Of a DNA stretch of 64,000 nucleotides, positions 13,201 to 26,194 are shown one piece after another (within the stretch, counting starts at the first letter, position 1; each line of letters starts with the position of its first letter). The translations under genes were made by a program, and so were the position numbers. This DNA comes from Heptranchias perlo (lineage: Eukaryota), in contig NC_090332.1 of the NCBI RefSeq assembly GCF_035084215.1, positions 1,798,001 through 1,862,000 on the forward strand, written 5' to 3'. The notes beneath the pieces were generated by a model. That model was not told the origin of the DNA. It made no database searches and worked only from the letters and a program-made list of their open reading frames with translations.

Positions 13201-14345
13201 ACATCTTCACTACCGTTTGGGGGCCTATATACAACCCCCACCAACATTTTCTGCCGCTTGGTGTTTCTTAGCTCCACCCATACAGATTCCCCATCGTGAT
13301 TTTCCGAGCCAATATCCTTCCTCACTGTTGCATTGATTTCCTCCTTTACTAACAACGCTACCCCACCTCCTTTCCCTTTTTGCCTGTCCTTCCTAAATAT
13401 TGAATATCCCTGGATGTTCAGTTCCCATCCTTGGTCACCCTGCAGCCATGTCTCTGTAATCGCAACTATATCATAACCTTTAATATCTATCTGCGCTGTT
13501 AATTCATCTAGCTTATTGCAAATGCTCTGTGCATTAAGACACAATGCCTTTAGACTTGTCTTTTTAAGATTGCTATTCATCTTAGCTTCATTTTGCACGA
13601 TGGCCCTATTTGTTTTTCGCCCTTGTTTTCTCTGCCTTCCACTGTTGCTTCTTCCCTTTCAGTCTTTTGTTTCTATCCTTGTTTCCCCCTCCTCTGTCTC
13701 CCTGCTCAGGTTCCCATCCCCCTGCCATTCTAGTTTAAACCTTCCCCAACAGCACTAGCAAGCACCCCCGCGATGACATCAATCCCGGTCCTGCTCGGGT
13801 GTAACCCGTCCCGCTTGTACAGGTCCCACCTTCCCCAGAACCGGTCCTAATGTCCCAGGAATCTAAATCCCTCCCTCCTACACCATCCCTGCAGCCACGC
13901 ATTCATCCTGTCTATTCTCCTGTTCCTATACTCACTCGCACGTGGCACTGGTAGTAATCCTGAGGTCACTACCTTTGAGGTCCTGCTTTTTAATTTATCT
14001 CCTAACTCCTTAAATTCACCTTGCAGGACCTCATCCCTTTTTTTGCATATGTGGTTGGTACCAATCTGGACCACGACTACTGGATGTTCACCCTCTCCCT
14101 CCAGAATGCCCCGCAGCCGCTCCGTGACATCCTTGACCCTAGCACCAGGGAGGCAACATACCATCCTGGAGTCATGTTTGCTGCCGCAAAAACGCCTGTC
14201 TGTTCCCCTTACAATTGAATCCCCTATCACTATAGCCCTGCCACTGTTATTCCTCCCCCTCCTGTGCAGCAGAGCCACCCGTGGTGCCACGAACTTGGCT
14301 CTTGCTGCTTTCCCCTGATAAGCCATCTCCCCCAACAGTATCCAA
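10233..14345 (-). mobile_element. Near full-length decayed CR1 LINE (ORF1 SGNH-esterase, APE endonuclease, RT)
   Basis: IVIGDSIVRG (13847-14335), AITETW/MGDFN (13047-13598), GVPQGSVLGP/FADD (10324-11502); (catagaaa)n tail; frameshifts split ORF2. Confidence 0.93.
11579..11991 (+). mobile_element. CR1 3' fragment nested antisense inside the CR1 above
   Basis: LGLYSLEFRRLRGDL coding end plus 3' UTR; flanked by the direct repeat tatctt; host sequence is uninterrupted in the 26195-29665 copy. Confidence 0.8.
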
Positions 14346-14749
14346 AGCCAGAGTGCGCAGGCTCTGGTACTTTAGTCTCTGTTATAAAGTTATATATTCT
14401 GTCCTTATTTTGATTTCTTCATTATAAATTCCTGTGTCCACATTTCTAATGCAAACTGCCAATGTAAACTTGTCACACCGTGATTACACCCTCCTGTAGT
14501 ATCAATGCTGCAGCACTTCCGTGGTTGGGCTGGGGGGCGTGGGGAGGACGGTTTAGTGTGTAGAAGTTTCACATCACATTTTCCATTAGAAATGTGGACA
14601 CAGGAATTTATAATGGTCGTTGAGAGGAAGTGAGTGCAGATGCATGAGATTTTTAATATAGACTGATATATGGATAGATATACATAAATACTCCTGAGGT
14701 GTATGCCACTTAATGATGTACAAAAACAGCCCAAACAAGTAAAAGGCGT

Positions 14750-15660
14750 TAAGAAAATACTCTGATTTGTCTTTCTTGGATCCAAAGTGGGTGACCTCAC
14801 ACTTCCCCACATTGAACTCCAGCTGCCAGAGTTTTGCCCACTCACTTACTCTGTCTTTGTCCCTTTGTAACTCCCTGCTCCTATCTACATAACTTACTGT
14901 GCCTCCTAACTTATTGTCATCTGCAAAATTGGAAATACAACTCTCTATTTCTCCATCCAAGTCATTACTATATATACGGTGAAAATCTGAAGCCCCAGTA
15001 CAGATCCCAGGGAAACATCACTTGTCACATCCTGCCAATCAGAGTACATTCCCTTTATCCCTATCACTGTCTCCCGCCTCCCAACCAATGACCAACCCAT
15101 GTCACAAGGTCACCTCCAATTCCATGCATTCTCATTTTTGATAATCTGTGTGGAACCTGATCAAATGCCTTCTGGAAGTCCATGAGGACAACATCCATGG
15201 ACACTCCCCTATCCACCGTGCTAGCAATCTCCTAAACATATTTAATTAGATTGGATAGACATGACCCACCCTTCACAAATCCATGCTGACTCTCTTTGAT
15301 CAGTTCATACTTGTTCAAATGCTCAGGCACTCTGTCTCTGATAATATATTCTAGTATCTTCCCCACAACCGACGTTGAAATCTGTAGTTACCTGGTTTCT
15401 GCCTTCCTCCCTTCTTAAAATATGGAGTGACATTTGCAATTTTCCAGTCCAAGGGCATAATTCCTGATTCTAGAGAGCTCTGGAAAATTATGACTAACAC
15501 ATCTGAAATTTCCTCACCTGTTTCTTTTACTATCATGGAGTTGAAATGACCGGTCCCTTGAGTCTTGTTTATCTTAAGTCCCAATATGTACTCCATTGCC
15601 ATTTTATAACATGTATTAAATCCAGTAAGTTCCTCTTCTGTGAAAACGAGAGTCTGCCAT
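14750..15660 (-). mobile_element. Old CR1 RT fragment
   Basis: NFADDNKLGG, DWKIANVTP..KKGG motifs. Confidence 0.75.
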
Positions 15661-15664
15661 TTCC

Positions 15665-16848
15665 TTTTGTTTATTCGTTCATGGGATGTGGGCATCGCTG
15701 GCGAGGCCGGCATTTATTGCCCATCCCTAATTGCCCTTGAGAAGGTGGTGGTGAGCCGCCTTCTTGAACCACTGCAGTCCATGTGGTGAAGGTTCTCCCA
15801 CATTGCTGTTAGGAAGGGAGTTCCAGGATTTTGACCCAACGATGATGAAGGAACGGCGATATATTTCCAAGTCGGGATGGTGTGTGACTTGGAGGGGAAC
15901 GTGCAGGTGGTGTTGTTCCCATGTGCCTGCTACACTTGTCCTTCTAGGTGGTAGAGGTCGTGGGTTAGGGAGGTGCTGTCGAAGAAGCCTTGGCGAGTTG
16001 CTGCAGTGCATCCTGTGGATGGCACACACTGCAGCCACAGTGCGCCAGTGGTGAAGGGAGTGAATGTTTAGGGTGTGGATGGGGTGCCAATCAAGCGGGC
16101 TGCTTTGTCCTGGATGGTGTCGAGCTTCTTGAGTGTTGTTGGAGCTGCACTCATCCAGGCAAGTGGAGAGTATTCCATCACACTCCTGACTTGTGCCTTG
16201 TAGATGGTGGAAAGGCTTTGGGGAGTCAGGAGGTGAGTCACTCGCTGCAGAATACCCAGCCTCTGACCTGCTCTTGTAGCCACAGTATTTATATGGCTGG
16301 TCCAGTTAAATTTCTGGTCAATGGTGATCCCCAGGATGTTGATGGTGGGGGATTCAGCCGTTGAATGTCAAGGGGGGGTGGTTAGACTCTCTCTTGTTGG
16401 AGATGGTCATTGCCTGACACTTTTCTGGCGTGAATGTTACTTGCCACTTATGAGCCCAAGCCTGGATGTTGTCCAGGTCTTGCTGCATGCGGGCTCGGAC
16501 TGCTTCATTATCCGAGGGGTTGTGAATGGAACTGAACACTGTGCAATCATCAGCGAACATCCCCATTTCTGACCTTATTATGGAGGGAAGGTCATTGATG
16601 AAGCAGCTGAAGATGTTTGGGCCGAGGACACTGCCCTGAGGAACTCCTGCAGCAATGCCCTGGGGCTGAGGTGATTGGCCTCCAACAACCACTACCATCT
16701 TCCTTTGTGCTCGGTATGACTCCAGCCACTGGAAAGTTTTCCCCCTGATTCCCATTGACTTCAATTTTACTCGGGCTCCTTGGTGCCACACTCGGTCAAA
16801 TGCTGCCTTGATGTCAAGGGCAGTCACTCTCACCTCACCTCTGGAATT
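15665..16848 (-). mobile_element. LINE family X 3' fragment
   Basis: Same sequence family as 5770-7352; GVPQGSVLGP, FADD. Confidence 0.87.
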
Positions 16849-17489
16849 ATCTATTATAGCCTTGCACATCTGTCTTTATTAGGTTCACATTCCCCCCTTA
16901 GCTGCTCTCTCTCTATCAATATATTTTTAAAACTTTTGCTGTTGGCTTTGATATCCTTTGTAAGTTTTTTTTTGGTATTCCTTTTTGCACCTTTTATTAC
17001 TTTCATTGTATCGAGTTTGTTGCTTTTTATAACTCTCCCAGTCTGCTTGATTTCCACTTTTCCTTGTATTTGTGTAAGCTTTTTCTCTTCTCTTGGTCTT
17101 GTCTCTTGCCTCACAGGCGGTGCCAGCTTTCTGATAGCTCACCCAAGTGACTGTTCTTCATAAGTGAGTCCGGACATGATGTCTTGGATGAGTTCTCAAC
17201 CTTGAAGAGCACACACAGCTGATCCTGCAGGTCTCCACACTCCCAGCAGGCACACAGACCGATAAGGAGTGCGATTCCTGGGCTGTGTGACTCAGCTTCA
17301 CATCTGACGGTGTATTTGCCCATTGACCCATGTGAAAGCCCAAAATATCTCAATTCTTAAACATAAATATCTGTGACTGCAAAATACCCGACTCACATCA
17401 CCCGTCCACAATCGGTAAATCAATCTCAGAAATGTAATTATATGAAGCCAAAGCCAAGTGGGGTGACCCCACTCTGGACATTTACTTAC

Positions 17490-17541
17490 CCACTGTGACA
17501 CAGAGGAGCAGAGTCATGGCTGAGAGCGTTGGGCCAAACAT
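17490..17541 (-). CDS. Gene A: probable leader (signal peptide) exon, MFGPTLSAMTLLLCVTV(G)
   Basis: 52-nt ATG-initiated hydrophobic stretch, in-frame TAA upstream, consensus G|GTAAGT donor in phase 1 matching the V exon. Joined product MFGPTLSAMTLLLCVTVGLKA/NLVLIQSP resembles an Ig-type leader. Confidence 0.65.
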
Positions 17542-17630
17542 TTCAACCAACTTATTTTTAAAAGATTAAATTCCTGTTCATTCACACTGTATAATAAAAT
17601 GTTACCGTCGCTGTTTCAGAGATGGCGGAA

Positions 17631-17646
17631 TTTCACTTCACTTCCC
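17631..17646 (-). promoter_or_regulatory. Possible ETS/IRF-like motif upstream of gene A leader
   Basis: Minus strand GGGAAGTGAAGTGAAA about 90 bp upstream of the candidate ATG; motif resemblance only. Confidence 0.25.
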
Positions 17647-18504
17647 TACATGATTGTCACAGCTTGAATATATACAGAGAGGAAGGAATAAACCAACAAG
17701 TGGGCTGTCCTTTGAAAAAAATACTGAAAATATATTCATGCATCATCAACTAGTGACTCCCGCTGGAATAGTTTGAAAGGCACTGATAGCCTTTCGTTAA
17801 ACTCACGCTGATGTCCACACACAATTTTCAGCACTGAATGTGGGATCAGGAGCAGGTGCACTGGTTGATTTTCCTCTGCTAGTCCAAAGACTTGTTAACT
17901 GCAGTGCTCATCACAGTCCAGGCTGAGATCAACTAACTCAGCACAGAGCAAAGGCTGAATGTCCAGCGTTCCTAGCCGGTGTAGCTCAGTTCCACCACGT
18001 GGGAATGAACTTACCAACTGGACCATCGGGGGACCTGGTCATTCATATTGATAAAACATCTTCAACCAACCCAGCATCTGTATACAGGCCATATTCATGA
18101 GAAGGGATGGATCCTTACACCTGCCCCATTACAGACCATTCCTAGGAGAGTGGATGAACTCTGACCTTTGACTCTTCACATTCACCTAGACTCTGGGCAG
18201 CCTATTTCCAGGAGACAAGGTTAATTCCATTGCACAAGGACCTATGTGTTCTCAGAGAGTGACCTAGCAGAGAAGGAATTTTGGCCCTTTGTTGAGGACC
18301 TTAAATTTCCCCCGTCAACTGTCCCCAGAACTCAGAGGGAAGCTTGACACGGTTATCACCAAGGATGGTGTAAGCTAATCATTTATCTTGGATAAGGAGG
18401 ACACAGGTCCAAAATCAAGCAAGCAAATACCAAAAGTAAAGATTACAATGAAATGCCTCCACGAAAGTATGAATATGTGGAATAGACGCCCACGATGGGC
18501 CAAA

Positions 18505-20000
18505 TAGAATCATAGAAAATTTACAGCACAGAAGGAGGCCATTTGGCCCATTGTGTTTGCGCCAGCTAAGAAACGAGCTACCCAGCCTAATCCCACTTTC
18601 CAGCATTTGGTCGGTAGCCCTGTAGGTCACGGCTCTTCAGGTGCACATCCAGGTATTTTTTAAATGGAGTTGAGGGTTTCTGCCTCTCCCACCCTCTCAG
18701 GCAGTGAGTTCCAGACCCCCACCATCCTCTGGGTGAAAAGTGTTTTCCTCATTTCCACTCTAATCCTTCCACCAATCACTTTAAATCTATGCCCCCTGGT
18801 TATTGACCCCTCTGCTAAGGGAAATAGGCCCCTCATAATTTTGTACACCTCAATCAAATCACCCCTCAGCCTCCTCTGTTCCAAGGAAAACAACCCCTGC
18901 CTATCCAATCTGTCATCGTAGCTAAAATTCTCCAGTCCTGGCAACGTCCTCGTAAATCTCCTCTGCACCCTCTCTAGTGTAATCACATCCTTCCTGTAAT
19001 GTGGTGACCAGAACTGTGCGCAGTACTCAAGCTGTGGCCTAACCAGTGTTTTATACAGTTCCAGCATAACATCCCTGCTCTTATATTCTATGCCACGGCT
19101 AATAAAGGAAAGCATTCCATATGCCTTCTTAACCATCTTATCTACCTGTCCTGCTACCTTCAGGGATCTGTGGACATGCACTCCAAGGTCCCTCACTTCC
19201 TTTACACCTCTCAGTATCCTCCCATTTATTGTGTACTCCCTTGCCTTGTTTGCCCTCCCCAAATGCATTACCTCACACTTCTCTGGATTGAACTCCATTT
19301 GCCACTTTTCTGCCCATCTGACCAGTCCATTGATATCTTCCTGCAGTCTACAGCGTTCCTCCTCACTATCAACCACACGGCCTATCTTTGTGTCATCCGC
19401 AAATTTCTTAATCATGCCCCCTACATTTAAGTTCAAATCATTAATGTATACCACAAAAAGCAAAGGACCTAGTACCAAGCCCTGCGGCACCCCACTGGAA
19501 AACCCTGTAACCAGGGACATTGTGCTGCCAGTCCTGCCCCTCTTTAAGCCATGTTTCTGTAATAGTTAAGATATCATACTGCCACGTGTCTATCTGTGCC
19601 CTCAGCTCATCCGCCTTATTTCCTATATTCCTTGCATTGAGGTAAATACATTTAAGGACTGCCAAACTCCTCTGTTGTTTATTTTCTAACCTTCGTTCCC
19701 TCTGCCTTCCAGACACACTCACTAATTTTCTGCCTTCCATTTCCAGTTCTGACTTTATCCCATCCCCCTGCCAAGCTAGTTTAAACCCTCCCTGACAGCA
19801 CTAGCAAACCTCCCCGCGAGGATATTGGTCCCGGCCCTGTGGAGATGCAACCCGTCCGGCTTGTACAGGTCCCACCTCCCCCAGAACCGGTCCCAATACC
19901 CCAGGAATCTAAAGCCCTCCCCCTTGCACCACCTATGCAGCCACGCATTCATCTGCTCTATCCTCCTATTTCTATTCTCACTAGCGTGTGGCACTGGGAG
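18505..20000 (-). mobile_element. CR1 LINE, internally deleted (ORF1 end/EN start fused to RT 3' half)
   Basis: 286-aa RT ORF 18660-19520; ITETW at 19441-19740; ORF1 tail 19776-20021. Confidence 0.85.
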
Positions 20001-20584
20001 TGGCCTCCTTCTGTGCTGCAAGATTTTATGATTTTAATTTGCTTGGGTTTTTATTTGTGTATTCACCTGTCCCAGGAGATTACATGGCTCTGAATGGGTG
20101 GGGAGTGTATGTATTGTGATGCTTAAGGTATCACAGCTGTATGGGACAGACTGGATGGACCAGTGGGTCTTTCCCTGTCCAGAATTTTTGTATGTTCTTA
20201 CAATTTCACTAGAAATGGCCCATTTGAAAAATCCTCTCACTGGAGCTGAAAATCTACATCCCTTCCGGCATATTCCCTGTGACTCTGCTGGAAGTTTGGT
20301 GGAAAGGCCACAAATTACACCTGGGCCCCAGATAGCCGGGTCCTGTCCTTACCATGGTGATTCTGCTGGGTCTTGTAAGGGATGAATCCCCTGCCCGCCC
20401 CAAACAAGGCTGGTGGCGTAGGAAGTGGCGAAGTGAGGGACTCCCAACGCTGAGAGTTCCAGCATCCCCAGCCTCTCACTCACTGGGCATATCACTGGTG
20501 GCCAGAACCAGTGTACCAGCTGAAGGGAGGCCAGGAGTACCATCTTCTTCAATGGTGGAAGTGGGGCTGGTGACTAAGCCTAGA

Positions 20585-21010
20585 CCCCTGAGTCAGAAGG
20601 TTGTGGGTTCAAGTCCCACTCCAGAGACTTGAGCACGTAATCTAGGCTGACATCCCAGTGCAGTACTGAGGGAGTGCTGCACTGTGGGAGATGCCGTCTT
20701 TCGGATGAGACGTTAAACCGAAGCCTCATCCACTCTCTTAGGTGGATGTAAAAGATCCCTGGGCATGATTTGAAGAAGAGCAGGGAGTTCTCCCTGGTGT
20801 CCTGGCCCAATATTTAGCCCTCAGCCAACATCACTAAAACAGATTATCTGCTAATTATCTCATTGCTGTTTGTGGGATCTTGCTGTGCGCAAATTGGCTG
20901 CCGTGTTTCCTACATTACAACAGTCACTACACTTCAAAAGTACTTCATTGGCTGTAAAATGCTTTGGGGCATCCTGAGGTCATGAAAGTTGTTATATAAA
21001 TGCAAGTCTT
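20585..21010 (+). mobile_element. tRNA-derived SINE with Deu-domain-like core and L2-type tail
   Basis: B-box-like ggttcaagtcc; core gctgtttgtgggatcttgctgtgcgcaaattggctgcc; tail tatataaatgcaagt. Related copies at 61755-62170 (+) and 42560-42698 (-). Confidence 0.75.
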
Positions 21011-21309
21011 TTGTTATTGGTTCCTTATACTGGTAGCTGCCTTCCAAAGTGGGTCCCCGATACTCCCCCCTCTCCTGGTGCCATTTAGATTACCACTTCA
21101 AAGTAAGACAGGAAGCTAGGACCAGAGGATACAAATAGAAATTAGAGCCAAGTAAATTTAAAATCCAGTATCAAAGAGTGATAAATGTTTCAACCCTGTA
21201 CTGAAGAGGCAGAAACACTGGGATTATTCAAAATGGAGTAGGATGGTGTGGCAAGTTAAGATACTTGAGAGATTAGAAGGGACCATTTTGCCTTTTCTCA
21301 TCCCAAAGT

Positions 21310-21975
21310 GAACGCAATTTGATAAGGCCATAAAGAGTGCAAACAATGTATGAGGGCTCAATTGTAGAGGAATAGAATGCAAAAGTAGGGAAGTAATGTT
21401 AAATTTGTACAGAATCTTGATTAGATCACACTTGGAGTTACTGTGCACAGTTCCGGTCTTCATATTACAAAAAGGATATTGAAGCATTGAGGAAAGTGCA
21501 GAAAAGATTTACAAGGATGCTACCAGAATTGGGAGGATGCAACTTTCGGGAAAGATTGAGCAGGCTGGGGTTCTTTTCTCTGGAAAAGAAAAGACTAAGA
21601 GGAGATCTGATAGAGGCCTTTAAAATTATAAAGGGCTTCAATAGGGTGGAAATGGAGAGACTGTTTCCGCTTGTGGGTGAGCCCAGAACAAGGGAACATA
21701 AATATCAGATAACCACTAACACACAAAATAAAGAATTTAAGATGAATTTGTTTACACAGAGTGGTGAGAATGTGGAACTCGCTGCCATATGTTGAGGCAG
21801 AGAGTGTTGATGCATTTAAGGGGAGTCGATGTATACATGAGGGAGAAGGGAATAGAGGGATACTGGGGCAGGGTGGGAAGAGGTAATTACAGCGGGAGGA
21901 GGCTCGTGTGGCGAATAAACACCGGCACAGACCCGTTGGGCCTAGCTGCCTGTTTCAGTGCTGTAGATTCTATAT
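21310..21975 (+). mobile_element. CR1 3' fragment
   Basis: VQKRFTRM...RLRGDLIEAFKI. Confidence 0.8.
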
Positions 21976-22408
21976 AATTCATCCCTAATTTTCCTAAATT
22001 CTTAACGGCATGACCTTACATACTAGAGGGATCAGCTTAGCATTTATAAGAAATATCCTGGCTGGGTATTTTTCTATTGTGGTATGGCTTCTAAAAATAA
22101 TTAGACCAGTTTTGGCAGAAGAGGTTGTTTGTGACCCAGTTTTGGATGCCAATTCTGTTCCTGTTCAGGTACTACCATTAAGGAAGCAGTAAAAGAGGAA
22201 GTCAATTCTAAATAATACCACTGTAGATTATTTTTGGATTGAACATTTTTAAAAGACCGGCCTTATTTGTGGGTTTGATGACGTTTGTATATTTAACTTT
22301 AAATTAGCAGGGGAGGACACCCTCCCCCGCTGATTTTCTGATCTCAGTTGGGCAGAGCATAGAGAAATTTAAGGAAGCTACAAAAATAATTGCAGTCAGT
22401 CTGCTTAC

Positions 22409-22493
22409 AAATGTCACAAATAAGAGAGAAATACAAGAACAAATGAGTTTGAAAGAGTTTCTCCTTTTTACTATGTGTTTTCGCAATTTTCAT
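22409..22493 (-). CDS. Second, weaker minus-strand leader candidate MKIAKTHSKKEKLFQTHLFLYFSLICDI(C)
   Basis: 85 nt, basic N-region then hydrophobic core, phase-1 donor T|GTAAGC. Confidence 0.25.
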
Positions 22494-22529
22494 AGGAAGG
22501 AAATTGTGAGATTGTAAACTGGGGAAACT

Positions 22530-23165
22530 TAGACCGCCTACTTCCATTCCTGTAATATCGCCCGTCTCCGCCTCTGCCTCAGCCCATCTGCTGCTGAAAC
22601 CCTCATCTATTCTTTTCTTACCTCCACACGTGACTATTCCAGTGCTCTTCTGACCAGCCTCCCATCTTCCACCCTCCATAAACTTGAGCTCATCCAAAAC
22701 TTTGCTGCCCATATTCTAACTTGCACCAAGTCCCGTTCACCCATCACCCCTGTGCTTGCTCAGCAACATTAGCTCCCGTTCCACTAAATCCTCAATTTTA
22801 AAATTCTCATCTTCATGTTCAAATCCCTCCATGACTACGCCCATCCTTATCTCTGTAACCTTCTCCAGCCCTACAACCCTCCGAGTGATCTGTGTTCCTC
22901 CAACTCTGGCCCCTTGTGCATCCTCCACTTCCTTTGCCCCACCATTGACAGCCGTGCCTTCAGCATCTAGGCCCTAAGCTCTGAAATTCCCATCTCAAAC
23001 CTCTTTGCCTCTCCACCTCAAGGTGCTGCTTCAAAACCTATCTCTTTGACCAAGCGTTTGATCACCTGTTTTTGGCTCGGTGTTCATTTTTGCTGATAAT
23101 GCTCCTGTGAAGCGCGTTGTATGTTTTACTACATTAAAAGGCACTATGTAAATGCAAGCTGTTGT
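22530..23165 (+). mobile_element. L2-type LINE 3' fragment
   Basis: Same family as 8415-9250 with a single copy of the 36-bp unit. Confidence 0.75.
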
Positions 23166-25052
23166 TACCTCAGTTCCCAAATTCCTGATATACATTTCTG
23201 ACAGAGAGGGACACAGAAAGAATCACAATTTGTCGGGAGAGAAAGAGAGACACTGACAAACACGCTCACAAATAATGGGCTGGATTTTCCTCGACCATAT
23301 CACTCGAATACTCTTTACTTGCCTGGATGAGTGCAGCTCCAACAACACTCAAGAAGCTCGACACCATCCAGGATAAAGCAGCCCGCTTGATTGGCACCCC
23401 ATCCACCACCCTAAACATTCACTCCCTTCACCACCGGCGCACCGTGGCTGCAGTGCGTACCAAAATGCACTGTAGCAACTCGCCAAGGCTTCTTCGGAAG
23501 CACCTCCCAAACACGTGAAATCCACCACTGAGAAGGACAAGGGCAGCAGGCGCATGGGAACAACACCATCCTGACTTGGCTATATATTGTATAGAACCTT
23601 GGTTAGACCACACTTGGAGTACTGTGAATAGTTCTGGACTAAGGAGCGTCCTAAAGGAGAGGGAGGTGGGGAGGCGGAGAGATTTAAGGAGGCAATTCCA
23701 GAGCTTAGGGCCTAGGCGCACGGACTACAACGGTCCAACAAAAAGATCCACCACCGCCACCTTCTCAAGGGCAACAAGGGACGGGCAATAAATGCTGGGC
23801 CTGCCAGCGATGCCCACATCCCAAAGAATGATTAAAAAAAACTCAGAAAGCACAGCAGTGGAGAAAGAGGAAAAATGAGGTGGGGACGCTGGTCATTGGG
23901 TCCCAGCCCTGAGAACGCCACTAAGAATTTTTTCCCCTTACATCAGGGGACCCAGCGACCCAACCTTTAAGTGCTCCATTGTAATTAAATGATGATGGGG
24001 ATGGGGCTAGAGAACTATCAGACTTAACTGCCTCCCCACTGAAAAACTGCAGATTCCAGGTGCTGGCGGAAGAGATCTGGGTGTAGTTTCTGGGAGAGCA
24101 GCAGGATGGCCGCGTTGGAGGGAGAGAGTCTGCCAGTGGCCGTCCCTCCAGCTCTTCTGCTCCAAATTTGCAGCAAAGGTCCAAGTGCATCAGGCAGATC
24201 CTTTTTATAACATTTTTGAAACAAATCTTTGAGGCACTTCTGTCCCTTTTAATGGTTCTTCCATCCAGGAAAAGTCCTGCCTTGAACCTCCTGCAATGGT
24301 TAAAGTCCAGCCCAACATATGGAGAAAATGACAGAAACCATGTGAGACACACAGAAGGGCTGGGAGGCTTATACAAAAGGAGGAAATAGATTGAGAAACA
24401 AACCCAATCTTAATCAGTGGCCAGTTTTAAAATGCCCATGTTCTGTCTCTCAACTATGAAGTAAGTTTCTTGTTGGTTACTGTGTCACCTCCTTGTACAA
24501 TCGGCAAATGCTCAGCTCGTGGATACTATTTAAAATTGGACTGAAATAAATGACTAGTGATCAGGGCATTTGCCATCTATATGGGTCACCAGCTTGAAAC
24601 TACCTTCACTCTTGGGGAGAACAGCTGCTTTAAAACTAATCCCTAATTGAAATTAACAAAAGGTTGATGGTATATTGCTCCATAAAACAGTGCATTCTTT
24701 GATTTATTATGAGTAGCACAGGACATCCGCTGGTAACCTAGTAAAAACGGTTCACAGGCCTGCATTTCCTGTTTGCCTGTCACATTTCCTGCATCACACT
24801 TTGGTGTCACACCTTCTCATGTGCAAATTTTTCCCAGCTGATAGGATCAAATTTTATATTCATAAAACGCCAACAGATCACAACTGAACAGGTAGAGAAA
24901 GTGAGAATCAGCAAATAAGAAACAGGGATCAAAATCACCTAAACATGAAGCTCAAACGACCACAAATTAAGATAAGCAATCAGCAGTAGCTATGAAAGGG
25001 CCAGGCAAACCAAATCAAATCTGGTTTCTTTATCCAGCCATCGGCAAATGGG

Positions 25053-26110
25053 AACATAGAAAATAGGAACAGGAGTAGGCCATTCGGCCCTTTGAGCCTG
25101 CTCCGCCATTCAATACGATCATGGCTGATCCTCTATCTCAATATCATATTCCCGCTCTCTCCCATCTCTCTTGATGCCTTTTGCGTCTAGAAATCTGTCG
25201 AGCTCCGTCTTAAATATATTCAGTGACTTGGCCTCCACAGCCTTCAGTAGTAGTGAATACCACAGGTTCACCACCCTCTGAGTGAAGAAATTTCTCCTCA
25301 TGTCAGTCCCAAATGTCCTACCCCATATCCTGAGACTGTGACCCCTCGTTCTGGACCCCCCAGCCAGGGGAAACATCCGCCCTGCATCCAGTCTGTCGAG
25401 CCCTGTCAGAATTTTATATGTTTCAATGAGATCCCCTCTCATTCTTCGAAACTCGAGTGAATACAGGCAGAGTCGACCCAATCTCTCCTCATATGACAAT
25501 CCTGTCATCGCAGGGATCAGTCTGGTGAACTTTCGCTGCACTCCCTCTATGGCAAGTATATCCTTTCTTAGGTAAGGAGACCAAAACTGCTCACAATACT
25601 CCAGGTGTGGTCTCACCAAGGCCTGGTATGACTGTAGTAAGACATCCCTGCTCCTATACTCAAATCCTCTTGCAATTTGCCTTCCTAAATCCATTTGCCT
25701 TCCTAACTGCTTGCTGCACCTGCATATTTGCTTTCAGTGACTGGTGTACAAAACAAAATTTGAGATATTTCACATAAGGAGATATTAGGACTGGTGACCA
25801 AAAGCTTGGTCAAAGAGGTAGGTTTGAAGGAGCATCTTAAAGGAGAGAGAGGTAGAGAGGCGGAGATGTTTAGGGAGGGAATTCCAGAGCTTAGGGCCTA
25901 GGCAGCTGAAGGCACGGCCGCTAATGGTGGAGCGATTAAAATCAGGGATGCGCAAGAGGGAAAAATTGGAGGAGTGCAGAGATCTCGGAGGGTTGTGAGG
26001 CTGGAGGAGGTTACATAGATGTGGAGGGGCAAGGCCGTGGAGGGATTTGAAAATAAGGATGAGAATTTTAAAGCCGAGGCGTTCCCGGACTGGGAGCCAA
26101 TGTAGGTCAA
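25053..26110 (-). mobile_element. CR1 3' fragment (25053-25750) next to an L2 fragment (25760-26110)
   Basis: LVRPHLEYC, RRMRGDLIETYKI; L2 3' sequence in reverse. Confidence 0.8.
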
Positions 26111-26194
26111 AAGCAACAAATTTTCTCTTCCTCGGTCAGTTTCAGGCTAACTGAGTAAACATCAAAAAGTGAGAACAAACTGCATTTTTAATGA

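Noticed and set aside
24432-24460. Plus-strand leader candidate for gene B (MPMFCLSTM, donor GTAAGT)
   Set aside because: Phase 2, incompatible with the phase-1 V1 exon, and too short. Candidates near 22146 (phase 2) and 34272 (phase 0) fail similarly.
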